Shown: piece by piece, positions 19,831-28,923 of the stretch | How positions within the stretch are numbered: the stretch's first letter is position 1 | Layout of the letters: every line of letters begins with the position of its first letter | Assembly: GCA_965207065.1 (NCBI GenBank) | Contig: OZ242260.1 | Location: 928,001-992,000 of the forward strand | Length of the DNA: 64,000 nt | From: a bacterium | Lineage (GTDB): Bacteria > UBA8248 | Reading direction: 5' to 3' | Program-made: the position numbers and the translations under genes | Notes under the pieces: generated by a model | Told to the model about the DNA's origin: nothing | The model's input: the letters and a program-made list of their open reading frames with translations, nothing else | Database searches by the model: none

Positions 19831-20625
19831 CTATTTCCCCTCTCCCAGCTTCAGGCGCCATTTTTTTCCGCCCGGACCCCTGCGTATGGAAACCTCTATC
19901 TCCAGCGGATTCTCCAGAAAAACTTTCTCGAATATCTCCACAGTCTCAATCTTCTTTCCTTCCGCCTTGAAGATGACATCTCCACGCCTAAGTCCAGCGC
20001 GTGCCGCCGGAGCGTTTTCTTTCACATCGGACACCAGAAGCCCGCTCTTCTCTCCCCCTCCGAAAAAGCGCGCCAGCGAGGGTGTAAGTTTCTGGAGAAT
20101 GAGCCCCAGCTTCTCGGGGTGGGTATATTCGCGCTTCATATGGAAGCCGTGTTCCATCACGACGGGCTTCACGTATATCGGGGATTTCATCCGCAACGCC
20201 AGCGCGACGGCGTCCGAGGGGCGGCTGTCGACAGAAAAGCGCCGGCCCCCGGCCTTCATATCGATGAAGGCGAAATAGGTGCCCCCTTTAATCTCCGTAA
20301 TCACCACCCGGAGAACTTCCGCCTGGAGGGTCTTCAGCAGGTTGCGCATCAAGTCGTGCGTCATCGGCCGGTGCGGCTTGGCTTCTTCTAACTCCATGTA
20401 AATCGCCCGCGCCTCCGCCGGGCCGATCCAGATGGGCAGCAACTTGCCCCCTTTTTTCTCCTGCAGCAGCAAGACGGGCTGGTCGGTCCTCTGATCGACG
20501 AGGATGTCCTTCACCTCGACCCTGCGGAGCCCCGAGAGGGCCGCCTCCGCTTTCACCGGGTGCGCATGAGCGATGAAAACGACAAGAACGACAAGAAAGC
20601 CGGAAGACACCATTTTAAGCCGCAT
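19831..20625 (-). CDS. Signal peptide + bifunctional nuclease (DUF151) + PDZ domain protein
   Basis: LPIWIG..EA, RPMTHDL, DSRPSDAVALALR (DUF151); LGL..Q.LTP and SDV...PAARAGLRRGDVI (PDZ). Confidence 0.85.
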   Translation of the reverse strand: MRLKMVSSGFLVVLVVFIAHAHPVKAEAALSGLRRVEVKDILVDQRTDQPVLLLQEKKGGKLLPIWIGPAEARAIYMELEEAKPHRPMTHDLMRNLLKTLQAEVLRVVITEIKGGTYFAFIDMKAGGRRFSVDSRPSDAVALALRMKSPIYVKPVVMEHGFHMKREYTHPEKLGLILQKLTPSLARFFGGGEKSGLLVSDVKENAPAARAGLRRGDVIFKAEGKKIETVEIFEKVFLENPLEIEVSIRRGPGGKKWRLKLGEGK

Positions 20626-20676
20626 GACTTCGATTCCTGATCATTTCGCCCGCGTCATGAAACCAGCGGACTTCCC

Positions 20677-21138
20677 TCAGCGCGCAGATTCCGCCGAAAC
20701 CCGGAACACGCATTCGGGAATCGCCATGTCCACACGCTGCTGGCCCGGTTTTTCCTCCACCTTGGTCTCGTAGATTCCGTCGCAATCCTCATCGAGCAGC
20801 GTGATGTCGTATGGATACTTGTTGTCCACGTCGATGTTGATCGCGAAAATCCGGTTGTTGATGGTGAGCGTCTCGAACTGAAATTTCCACTCATCGAGAT
20901 ATTGCTTGATCAGGGTCTCCTCTCCGGGAATGCGCCTGCTGAGGTCCCGCCGGACCCATCCGAGAAAACGAGAGCGGCTGAGTGCCGGCGTGTCAAAACC
21001 CTCAGGTCTCTTTTCGACGGGGCCGTCCGCATCCGCAGACGCCGCGAATGCGCTTCCAGACCCCAAAAGCGCCATCGCCAGGAACAAAACAACACAAATT
21101 CTCCCGAAACACACTATCATCGAAATCACCCTCGGCAT
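20677..21138 (-). CDS. Hypothetical secreted protein (start uncertain)
   Basis: Signal-like segment ending AFA; DEDCDG Dx[DN]xDG-like motif. Confidence 0.55.
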   Translation of the reverse strand: MPRVISMIVCFGRICVVLFLAMALLGSGSAFAASADADGPVEKRPEGFDTPALSRSRFLGWVRRDLSRRIPGEETLIKQYLDEWKFQFETLTINNRIFAINIDVDNKYPYDITLLDEDCDGIYETKVEEKPGQQRVDMAIPECVFRVSAESAR

Positions 21139-21388
21139 CGACGTGAAACCCGGCGGCCGGCCAGACTCCGGAAGGCTGGTCGTCCGTAAGAGTAGCACCC
21201 GCCGCGCACCGCCTTCAAGAGATGGGTCCGCGCCTCAGAGAGCGCAAACACGATCCTCCGACGCGCTTTGACATTTCGGCCAAGCGGATTATTCTTCACA
21301 TATCGGCGAACAATCATCCCGACTCGAGGGATGCGTGAAACGCATGCCTTGAGAAAGCAATCACCGAAACTCCCGAGGAGAAACCCAG

Positions 21389-21742
21389 ATGACGACGAGA
21401 GAAAGAAAAGCCCGGCTCATCCGGCCCGATGAGCGTGAATCAGAAGGCATGGCGGGCGGCGCGAGCCACAAGGCCATCGTATCGAAAGAGGGCGAGGGAA
21501 CAGACCTCACCGTCTATTACTCGCTCATACAGCCGGGACAGACGCACGACTGGCATCACCACGAAGAGGATGAGGTCATATTCTGCGTGAGCGGCAGGGG
21601 CAGATACGACCTCGATGACGGCGAGATCAACTACGGCCCCGGACAATTCATCTTCATGCCCAAGGGCACGCGCCACTGCAACCACTGCGTGAGCGAGGAA
21701 GACGTAAGGCTGGTGGCCATCTTCCAGCCGGGCCGAGAATAA
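21389..21742 (+). CDS. Cupin domain protein
   Basis: WHHHEEDE...G.G and PKGTRH motifs; GAGGAG RBS; TTGACA-16-TATTCT promoter candidate at 21268-21295. Confidence 0.88.
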   Translation: MTTRERKARLIRPDERESEGMAGGASHKAIVSKEGEGTDLTVYYSLIQPGQTHDWHHHEEDEVIFCVSGRGRYDLDDGEINYGPGQFIFMPKGTRHCNHCVSEEDVRLVAIFQPGRE

Positions 21743-21771
21743 GGCCGCGCCTTTCCCCCCCAACGGAGAAG

Positions 21772-23193
21772 ATGAGGCTACATTTGGAGACGAAGATGGA
21801 CCCCATGCAGAAAATCATCGCGCATTACGCGAATCTCCGCTTCGAGGATCTGCCCGAAGAGGCCGTATGCGCCGCCAGAAACCTCATCGTCGATGCGCTC
21901 GCCTGCGCCCTGGCCGGCTCGGCGGCGCCGCTGAACCCCGAAATCATCGAGCGTCATTTACGCTGGGGCGGCGCGCCCGAAGCCACGGTGCTCGTTTTCG
22001 GAGGCAAAGCGCCTGCGCCGACGGCGGCCTGGCTGAACGCCGCCATGATCCACTCGAACGATTTCGACGACACCGAAGACGTCACCCAGAACCACATCTT
22101 CGTCACGATTCTTCCCGCCCTCCTCGCCGCGGGCGAAAGCCTCGGGCGCGCGATGCCGGGCCGTGAGGTCATCACCGCGCTGGCAGGAGCTGCGGACGTG
22201 ACTTTGAGGTTGAACGCCGTCGTGCACCAAAACATTCATCCGGGCTGGCTGCCCACCACGGTATTCGGCGCGGTCTCGGCCTCGATGGCCGCCGCGCGGG
22301 CATTGGGGCTTGATGAAGAGGGCCTCGCCAACGCGGCGGGCTTCGGCTACGCGCAATCACACGGCAACCGCCAGGCGTTGCTTGACGGCACGGTCGCCAA
22401 GCGGCTCCAACCCGCCTTCAGCGCGCGGGCCGGCGTGCATTCTGCCGTCCTGGCGCAAACGGGCGCCACCGGCCCCAAGCGAATCGTGGAGGGAGCGGAC
22501 GGCTTTATCGAACTGTTCGGCTGCGGCGAGGGCGACCCGGACGCGCTCACGAGAGAGCTGGGCGAAACCTTCCACGTCACCCGGGTCGGCATGAAACCCT
22601 ACCCGAGCTGCCGCGTGTCCCATCCCCACATCAGCGCGGCTCTGGAGGCGCGCGACTGTCTCGGGACATTCAGCGCGCAAGACGTCGAAAGCGTCGAGGT
22701 ATGGGCCACGCCCATCGGCCATTCGATGATCGGCCAGCCGTTCCAGATCAGGGAGAATCCCCAGGTGGACGCGCAATTCAGCGCACAGTGGACGACGGCG
22801 TTCTCTTTGCTCAATGGATTGCCGCGCATCGCGAACTTCGATCCGGACCTCATCGTCTCGGGAGCCGAGGTGATCGAACTCGCGCAGAAGACCCGGGTCC
22901 ACATCTGGGAGGAAGGGAGTCTACTGCTCGTGCCTGTGCGCATACGCGTCAAACTCAAGGACGGGAGAGAGGCCGACGTCACGCACGATAAAATCAAAGG
23001 CTCTCCCGATTGGACCATGACCGAAGTGGAGCGTCAGGAGAAATTCTTCTCCTGCGCCGAGGCCGCAGCGGTCAGGCTCGACCCCGAAGAGGTGGAACGC
23101 GCTTTCCGTGAACTCACCTCGCTTGAGGATTGCGCCGACATCCGGCCCGTTCTCGCCCTGCTCGCCGCATCGAAAAACCCGGTGAGCGCATAG
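21772..23193 (+). CDS. MmgE/PrpD family protein
   Basis: N...IHSNDFDDT, KPYPSCR..H, AQFS; start may be 21796. Confidence 0.9.
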   Translation: MRLHLETKMDPMQKIIAHYANLRFEDLPEEAVCAARNLIVDALACALAGSAAPLNPEIIERHLRWGGAPEATVLVFGGKAPAPTAAWLNAAMIHSNDFDDTEDVTQNHIFVTILPALLAAGESLGRAMPGREVITALAGAADVTLRLNAVVHQNIHPGWLPTTVFGAVSASMAAARALGLDEEGLANAAGFGYAQSHGNRQALLDGTVAKRLQPAFSARAGVHSAVLAQTGATGPKRIVEGADGFIELFGCGEGDPDALTRELGETFHVTRVGMKPYPSCRVSHPHISAALEARDCLGTFSAQDVESVEVWATPIGHSMIGQPFQIRENPQVDAQFSAQWTTAFSLLNGLPRIANFDPDLIVSGAEVIELAQKTRVHIWEEGSLLLVPVRIRVKLKDGREADVTHDKIKGSPDWTMTEVERQEKFFSCAEAAAVRLDPEEVERAFRELTSLEDCADIRPVLALLAASKNPVSA

Positions 23194-23227
23194 CATTTCC
23201 AACCGGGCGACTCTATAATTTTCGCCC

Positions 23228-24811
23228 ATGAATCAAGACGACACCTCAGCCATACACCCGGGCTCGAACATCGCCTGGGCGACGAAGAGATACGGCCCAC
23301 GTGATGCCGTGGTGGACGGGGAACGCCGCCTGAGCTTCTTCGACGTCTACGATCGCAGCAAACGGGCCGCGAACGCGCTCTTAGCCCTCGGCCTCGAGCC
23401 GGATGATCGCGTCGCCAAGCTGATGCGAAACCGCGCCGAGATCATTGAGATCAACTTCGGCGTCGCGATGGCGGGCGGGGCGTCTCTGAACCTCCACGGA
23501 CGCAACGTCTTAAAAGAACACGTCCACATGCTGAACGACTCTGAATCCGCGTTCCTCCTCCTGGATGAAGCCCACAAGGAATATGCCGAAGGCATCCGGA
23601 GCGAATGCCCGGGTCTGCGCGCCATCATCGCCGTTGGGTGGGAGGGCGCAGGCGTTACCCCTTACGAGGAATGGCTGCAAAAAAGCTCCGGCCGGGAGCC
23701 CGGCGTCATCCTCGGGCCGGATTCGCTGTTTCACCTTCACTACACCTCGGGCACGACCGGTGAGCCCAAGGCGGTCGTCAACACCCACCGCACGCACGTC
23801 GCGTGGCTGGCGAAGTTCTTCAGAAACCTCGACTACCGGATGGGCGCGCTCGATTCCATGCTCCACGCGGGCCCCATGACGCATGCGTCCTTCAACTTCA
23901 TCGAACCCACATTCCTCCGGGGGGCGCGGAGCGTTATCATGCCCGCCTTCGAGCCGGAACTTTTAATCGAAATGGCGGAAAAAGAGAGAGCCACAACCAC
24001 CTATCTCGTCTCCACGATGGTGCAGCGGCTCATCGAATGCGGAAAGCTCGCAAGCGCCGACCTCTCGAGCCTGCACACGATCACCTACGGGGCCGCGCCC
24101 ATCTCGGAGGAAAACCTGAGTCTCGCCATCGAGCACGTCGGCCCCATCTTCCGGCAAACCTACGGGCTGACCGAAGCGCGCCAGCCCATCGCGATACTCG
24201 ATCCGTGGGATCACGTGGTCGACGGAACGCCCGGGGAGCGTGCGCGCCTCGCCTCGTGCGGCAGGGTTGCGGCGGGCGTGGAGCTCGAACTCCTGGACGA
24301 TGACGACCGCCCCGTCGCCACCGGCGAGATGGGAGAAATCTGCGTGCGGGGGGATTACGCCATGGCGAGCTACTGGAATAACCCGGAAGCCACGGCGGAG
24401 ACCATGCGAAACGGCTGGGTGCACACCGGAGACCTCGCGGTGGCGGATGAGGAGGGATATCTCTACATCGTCGACCGCAAGAAGGAGATGATCATCACGG
24501 GCGGGTTCAACGTCTATCCCTCGGAAGTCGAGCGCGCCCTCTGCCGCCACCCCGCCGTCCTGGAAGCGCTGGTGATAGGCGTGCCGGATGAGATGTGGGG
24601 CGAGGCCGTCAAGGCCATGGTGGTGCTGCGCCCCGGGGAGTCGCCCGAGCCTTCGGACATCATCGCATTCACCGAAAAAGAAATCGCGGGCTACAAGAAG
24701 CCGAAACAAGTCGAGTTTCTGAGCGAAATTCCCAAAAACGCGCAGGGGAAAGTGCAAAGACGCGATATTCGTGAAAAACACTGGACCGGAAGAGCGCGGC
24801 GGGTAAATTAA
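23228..24811 (+). CDS. Acyl-CoA synthetase / AMP-binding enzyme
   Basis: YTSGTTGEPK, TYGLTE, HTGD, DRKKEMIITGG, PKNAQGK. Confidence 0.93.
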   Translation: MNQDDTSAIHPGSNIAWATKRYGPRDAVVDGERRLSFFDVYDRSKRAANALLALGLEPDDRVAKLMRNRAEIIEINFGVAMAGGASLNLHGRNVLKEHVHMLNDSESAFLLLDEAHKEYAEGIRSECPGLRAIIAVGWEGAGVTPYEEWLQKSSGREPGVILGPDSLFHLHYTSGTTGEPKAVVNTHRTHVAWLAKFFRNLDYRMGALDSMLHAGPMTHASFNFIEPTFLRGARSVIMPAFEPELLIEMAEKERATTTYLVSTMVQRLIECGKLASADLSSLHTITYGAAPISEENLSLAIEHVGPIFRQTYGLTEARQPIAILDPWDHVVDGTPGERARLASCGRVAAGVELELLDDDDRPVATGEMGEICVRGDYAMASYWNNPEATAETMRNGWVHTGDLAVADEEGYLYIVDRKKEMIITGGFNVYPSEVERALCRHPAVLEALVIGVPDEMWGEAVKAMVVLRPGESPEPSDIIAFTEKEIAGYKKPKQVEFLSEIPKNAQGKVQRRDIREKHWTGRARRVN

Positions 24812-24871
24812 AGCCGGCCGCTTTCAACGTCAATTCATCGGAGCGACCATTTTTCAACAGGAGAGACGCCA

Positions 24872-25654
24872 ATGGACCTGACGCAAGAGTTCGGACTCAA
24901 GACCGTGAAATACCGCAAGGAAAACAAGATCGCGTACGTCACCCTGAACCGGCCCGACAAGCTGAATCCTCTCAGCTTCGCCACGGTGACGGAACTCCTC
25001 CAGTGCTGGGAGGACGTGAACGACGACAAGGAGGTGTGGGTGGCGATTCTCGCGGGCGAGGGGAAATCCTTCTGCTCCGGGTGGGATCAGAACCTGGAAG
25101 AAGATGAACTCAAGATGGGCGCCGTCCGCCCCAAAGGGGTTCTCTACTGCGACCTGGACTGGATCAAGAAGCCCGTCATCTGCGCGGCGCAGGGCTACGC
25201 CATCGGCGGAGGGATGAGCCTGTTCCTCGGCGCGGACGTCCGCGTGGTTTCGGAAGACGCCAAGGTCGGCTATTCCCAGCCCAAGATCGGCATCATCAGC
25301 ATCGGCGGGGCCATGCGCCTTCCCGCGGCGATTCCCGGCCTCGCCAGATGGTACATGTTCTCGGGCGAACTCATCGACGCCGAGGAAGCCTACCGCCTCG
25401 GCCTCGTAGTGAAGATCGCCAAGAACGGGGAACTCCTGGAGACCGCGACAGCCATGGCTGAGCAGATCATCGAGTGCTCGCCCATGACGGTGCAGCACAC
25501 CAAGGAAGAGATCGCCGTGGCCGCCAACGTGTCGATGTACGAGGGTTATCGCCTCTGCCGGCCCATCATGAACCGCTTCTACAAGACCGAAGACTACCGC
25601 GAGGGCAAGAACGCGTTCTTGGAGAAACGAAAACCCGTCTGGAAGAACTGCTGA
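24872..25654 (+). CDS. Crotonase (enoyl-CoA hydratase/isomerase) family protein
   Basis: LNRPDKLN, FCSGWD, AIGGG, EGKNAFLEKRKP. Confidence 0.9.
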   Translation: MDLTQEFGLKTVKYRKENKIAYVTLNRPDKLNPLSFATVTELLQCWEDVNDDKEVWVAILAGEGKSFCSGWDQNLEEDELKMGAVRPKGVLYCDLDWIKKPVICAAQGYAIGGGMSLFLGADVRVVSEDAKVGYSQPKIGIISIGGAMRLPAAIPGLARWYMFSGELIDAEEAYRLGLVVKIAKNGELLETATAMAEQIIECSPMTVQHTKEEIAVAANVSMYEGYRLCRPIMNRFYKTEDYREGKNAFLEKRKPVWKNC

Positions 25655-25762
25655 GCAGGGGCCGGGGCTGAACGAGAAGAATCGCAAGTCTGCCTCCGGG
25701 GTTGCAGGACGGCCCGGTATGAAGGATAAGCCTAACCGGTCATCCCAATCCCAGGAGCGCAC

Positions 25763-26956
25763 ATGGATTTGTCTACGGGCAAGGATGTGGCCGGCATCAG
25801 GCAAGGCTGGCCGATTATCCTCGCGTGTTTTCTCACCATATTCACCGCCTACACCACGGCCTTCATCCTGGGTCCGATGCTCGACGTCATGGGCCGCGAC
25901 CTGGGCCTCTCCCTCTCGGCCATGGGGCAGCTGGCGGCCATCACCTTTATCCCCTGGGGGATAGGCGCGCCCCTGCTGGCACCCATCTCGGATCGCTACG
26001 GCCGGAAGTACGTCATTCTCCTCGGGATGGTGGGCCTTTCGCTCTCCAGTATCGCCACCTCGTTCGCGGACGGATATCTCACGGTGGCGGTCTTGCGCTT
26101 CACCGCGGGGCTGAGCGGCGCACTCGTTCCTCCCACGGCGGTGGCGGCGATCGGGGACAACTTTACGGGCCGCGCGCGCGGCCTCGCCATCGGGTTCGCG
26201 ACGGCGGGCGTGGCCATGGGCCTGCTCGTCGGAGTCCCGAGCGTGGCCTTTCTGACGGATTACCTGGGCTGGCGCAACGCGCTTTGGATTTCGGGCGCGT
26301 TCGGCCTGACGCTTTCCCTGTACACGTTCCGCTCGCTGCCATCCGGGAGCCAGACCGACGCGCCCTCTTCCTATCTGGCGAGCTTCACATGGATGCGCCA
26401 GGGCGCCTCGTGGCTCCTGCTGAGCGGAAACGTCACCGAGCGACTCATGACGTCCGCCTTTCTGACATACGTCGCCGTATTTCTCATACGCACTTTTGAG
26501 ATTTCCCTCTCCACCGCGGGGAGCCTGCTCACGGCGATGTCCGTGGGCGCGCTCATCGGCGGCCTCCTGGGCGGAACGCTGGCGGGCGTGAGGCGGCGCT
26601 TTCTCATCATCACCGCCCTTGTCCTGCTCCAGGGAGAACTCCTGGCGTTTCACTTCTCGGGGCTGGGCTTTCTCACGCTCACGATCGCGGCGGGCTTTCT
26701 CTTCTCGTTCTTCAGCCATCTGAGCCGTCCCGCCGTCATGGACGACCTCATATCGATCGCCCCGCAGGCGCGCGGCGCCATCATCGGCTTCTATTCGACG
26801 AGCAACCAGGTCGGCCTCTTCCTGGGAGCATCCCTGGGCGGGTTCGCCATTCAGTGGGGCGGCTTCGGGGCGCTCAGCTGGCTCGTTCTGGGCGCGGCGG
26901 TCCTGGGCGGGGGGTTCTACGGAGTGAGCGCGTGGGTATTTCGGGGAAGAGGGTAA
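25763..26956 (+). CDS. MFS transporter
   Basis: ~12 TM; SDRYGRK motif A. Confidence 0.9.
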   Translation: MDLSTGKDVAGIRQGWPIILACFLTIFTAYTTAFILGPMLDVMGRDLGLSLSAMGQLAAITFIPWGIGAPLLAPISDRYGRKYVILLGMVGLSLSSIATSFADGYLTVAVLRFTAGLSGALVPPTAVAAIGDNFTGRARGLAIGFATAGVAMGLLVGVPSVAFLTDYLGWRNALWISGAFGLTLSLYTFRSLPSGSQTDAPSSYLASFTWMRQGASWLLLSGNVTERLMTSAFLTYVAVFLIRTFEISLSTAGSLLTAMSVGALIGGLLGGTLAGVRRRFLIITALVLLQGELLAFHFSGLGFLTLTIAAGFLFSFFSHLSRPAVMDDLISIAPQARGAIIGFYSTSNQVGLFLGASLGGFAIQWGGFGALSWLVLGAAVLGGGFYGVSAWVFRGRG

Positions 26957-26993
26957 GCTCTTCTTCACCCGATTGATCGTAGTAAACAATTAT

Positions 26994-27092
26994 TATACGT
27001 TATCGCGTATACGCAATTTATATACTTGATAAAGTATATAACTATAATATACAATATAACGTATATTTATATATTATACGCTTTAAGGTATG
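26994..27092. promoter_or_regulatory. Four HipB operators (TATAC-N8-GTATA) at 27-bp period
   Basis: Palindromes begin at 26994, 27021, 27048 and 27075 (last ends GTATG); analogous to E. coli hipBA TATCC-N8-GGATA. Confidence 0.85.
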
Positions 27093-27115
27093 TTATTTTT
27101 GAGGAGGAATAGAAG

Positions 27116-27373
27116 ATGAATGAGCTTGTTACCCGCTCGGAAAAGCAACTGGGAGAGGCTCTGCGCCGGGTCCGCAAACAGCGTGGTTTCACGCAGGCCG
27201 GACTCGGCGAAAAGATCCACATGCGCCAAGCCACCATCTCAAAGCTGGAGGGTGGCTCGTCGACAAGCCGCCTCCGCACCCTGATGGCGTCTCTCGCTGC
27301 GCTTGATCTGGAACTGGTCGTGCGTCCCCGCCGCCGGAGCACAGGCGATGAAATTGAGGAGTTGTTCTCATAG
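27116..27373 (+). CDS. hipB: HipB-like HTH antitoxin
   Basis: Xre HTH (RKQRGFTQ...QATISKLE), directly upstream of hipA. Confidence 0.9.
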   Translation: MNELVTRSEKQLGEALRRVRKQRGFTQAGLGEKIHMRQATISKLEGGSSTSRLRTLMASLAALDLELVVRPRRRSTGDEIEELFS

Positions 27374-27408
27374 CCAGACGACGCGCCTACATACCGCTGG
27401 CCGTCTAT

Positions 27409-28674
27409 ATGAACGGCCGTCTCGTGGGGTGGTTGTGCAAGGCGGCGAGCGGAGCCATCGATTTTCGCTACGATGAGAGATGGCTCGCCAGGGAACACGG
27501 TTTTCCGGTTTCGCTCTCCATGCCGCTGCGCGAAGACGCTTATATCGGCGACCCGGTCGTCGCCGTGTTCGACAATCTACTCCCGGACAATTTCGACATC
27601 CGAGACAAAATGGCCGCGCGAACCCAAGCGAATGGGTCGGATACCTTCAGTCTGCTGAGCGCGGTCGGGCGTGACTGCGTCGGCGCCATGCAGTTCCTCC
27701 CGGAAGGAGAAGACCCCGGCCCGGCCGGGTCGATCGATGGGCACACTATCGATGATGACGGGATTAGCAAGATACTCGCCAATCTGGGCACTACACCGCT
27801 CGGTGTCGGCGTGCATGAAGCGTTCCGCATCTCGCTCGCGGGCACACAGGAAAAGACCGCCCTGCTGTACTGGAAAAACGAGTGGCGCGTACCGCACGGC
27901 ACGACCGCGACGACCCATATCCTCAAACCGGAAATCGGACGGCTCGGCAACGGCGTCGACCTCTCGCTTTCCGTCGAGAACGAGCATCTTTGCATGCGGC
28001 TCATCTCCACCCTCGGCCTGCCTGCGGCCGACACCCGCATGGAGACGTTCGGTGAGAAGAAAACGCTGGTCGTGGCGCGTTTCGACCGGCTCTGGGCGAA
28101 AGACGGACGACTATTGCGCTTGCCGCAGGAAGACTGCTGCCAGGCGCTTTCCATGCCCTCGGCCAAAAAATACGAAAGCGATGGCGGACCAGGGCTTCCC
28201 GACCTGCTTGATTTGTTCATGGGCAGCGACGATGCAACGCGCGATCGCAAGATGATCATGAAGGCGGCCGTCGTCTTCTGGCTTCTCGCCGCCATCGACG
28301 GCCATGCCAAGAACTTCAGCCTCTTCCTTCATCCGCACGGCGGATTTTCATTGACGCCCTTTTATGACGTGATGTCGATTCAACCGAACTTGGATGCGCA
28401 CCAGCTCCGGCAACGCGATATGAAGATGTCCATGGCGGTCGGCAAGAACCGCCATTACGTCGTGAACGAAATCATCCCGCGCCATTATCTGCAAACGGCT
28501 GCGGCCTGCAGCATGGGAGAAAGCGTCGTGCGGGAGATATTCGAAGAACTTCTCGAACGAGGCGACGCGGCGATATCGAGCGTTGAGAACGATCTGCCGC
28601 CCGATTTTCCCGAATCGCTATTCATGAGCGTTACGGAAGGTTTTCGCCGAAGACTCCGTTGGCTGGAGGGTTGA
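27409..28674 (+). CDS. hipA: HipA serine/threonine kinase toxin
   Basis: FDNLLPD, GRDCVGA, SLAGTQEK, HILKP, DGHAKNFS, PFYD. Confidence 0.95.
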   Translation: MNGRLVGWLCKAASGAIDFRYDERWLAREHGFPVSLSMPLREDAYIGDPVVAVFDNLLPDNFDIRDKMAARTQANGSDTFSLLSAVGRDCVGAMQFLPEGEDPGPAGSIDGHTIDDDGISKILANLGTTPLGVGVHEAFRISLAGTQEKTALLYWKNEWRVPHGTTATTHILKPEIGRLGNGVDLSLSVENEHLCMRLISTLGLPAADTRMETFGEKKTLVVARFDRLWAKDGRLLRLPQEDCCQALSMPSAKKYESDGGPGLPDLLDLFMGSDDATRDRKMIMKAAVVFWLLAAIDGHAKNFSLFLHPHGGFSLTPFYDVMSIQPNLDAHQLRQRDMKMSMAVGKNRHYVVNEIIPRHYLQTAAACSMGESVVREIFEELLERGDAAISSVENDLPPDFPESLFMSVTEGFRRRLRWLEG

Positions 28675-28713
28675 GCGTTGACATCATGACGCAATGCCCG
28701 GAAGAAAAAAACG

Positions 28714-28839
28714 GTAGGACGGTTCGCGAGCTGCCCCAACGAAAGCAAAAATCTCGAACGTAACAAACCAGAGACATGGTAGGGACAGGCCCCTGTGCCT
28801 GTCCTCGTGCAGGACAATTACGGGGGGTTGTTGAAAAAG
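28714..28839 (+). repeat. Cluster of GTAG-type REPs ending in an IS1182-like terminus
   Basis: Degenerate GTAGGACGGTTCGCGAGCTGCCCCAAC (28714); GTAGGGACAGGCCCCTGTGCCTGTCCT (28779); partial inverted partner merging into GGGGTTGTTGAAAAAG. Confidence 0.7.
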
Positions 28840-28923
28840 CCGGCACCGGGATCGGGCGCATTGGACGCTCCCTAATCGGTCTCGTCTAAAGCAGTCCCTC
28901 CTTCATCAGTCGGAACTGACCCC

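Noticed and set aside
24854-26989. 711-aa minus-strand ORF (likewise 2956..4380, 29143..30459, 40869..42482, 53850..55148)
   Set aside because: Antisense or off-frame shadows of well-supported genes in GC-rich DNA; no recognisable motifs.
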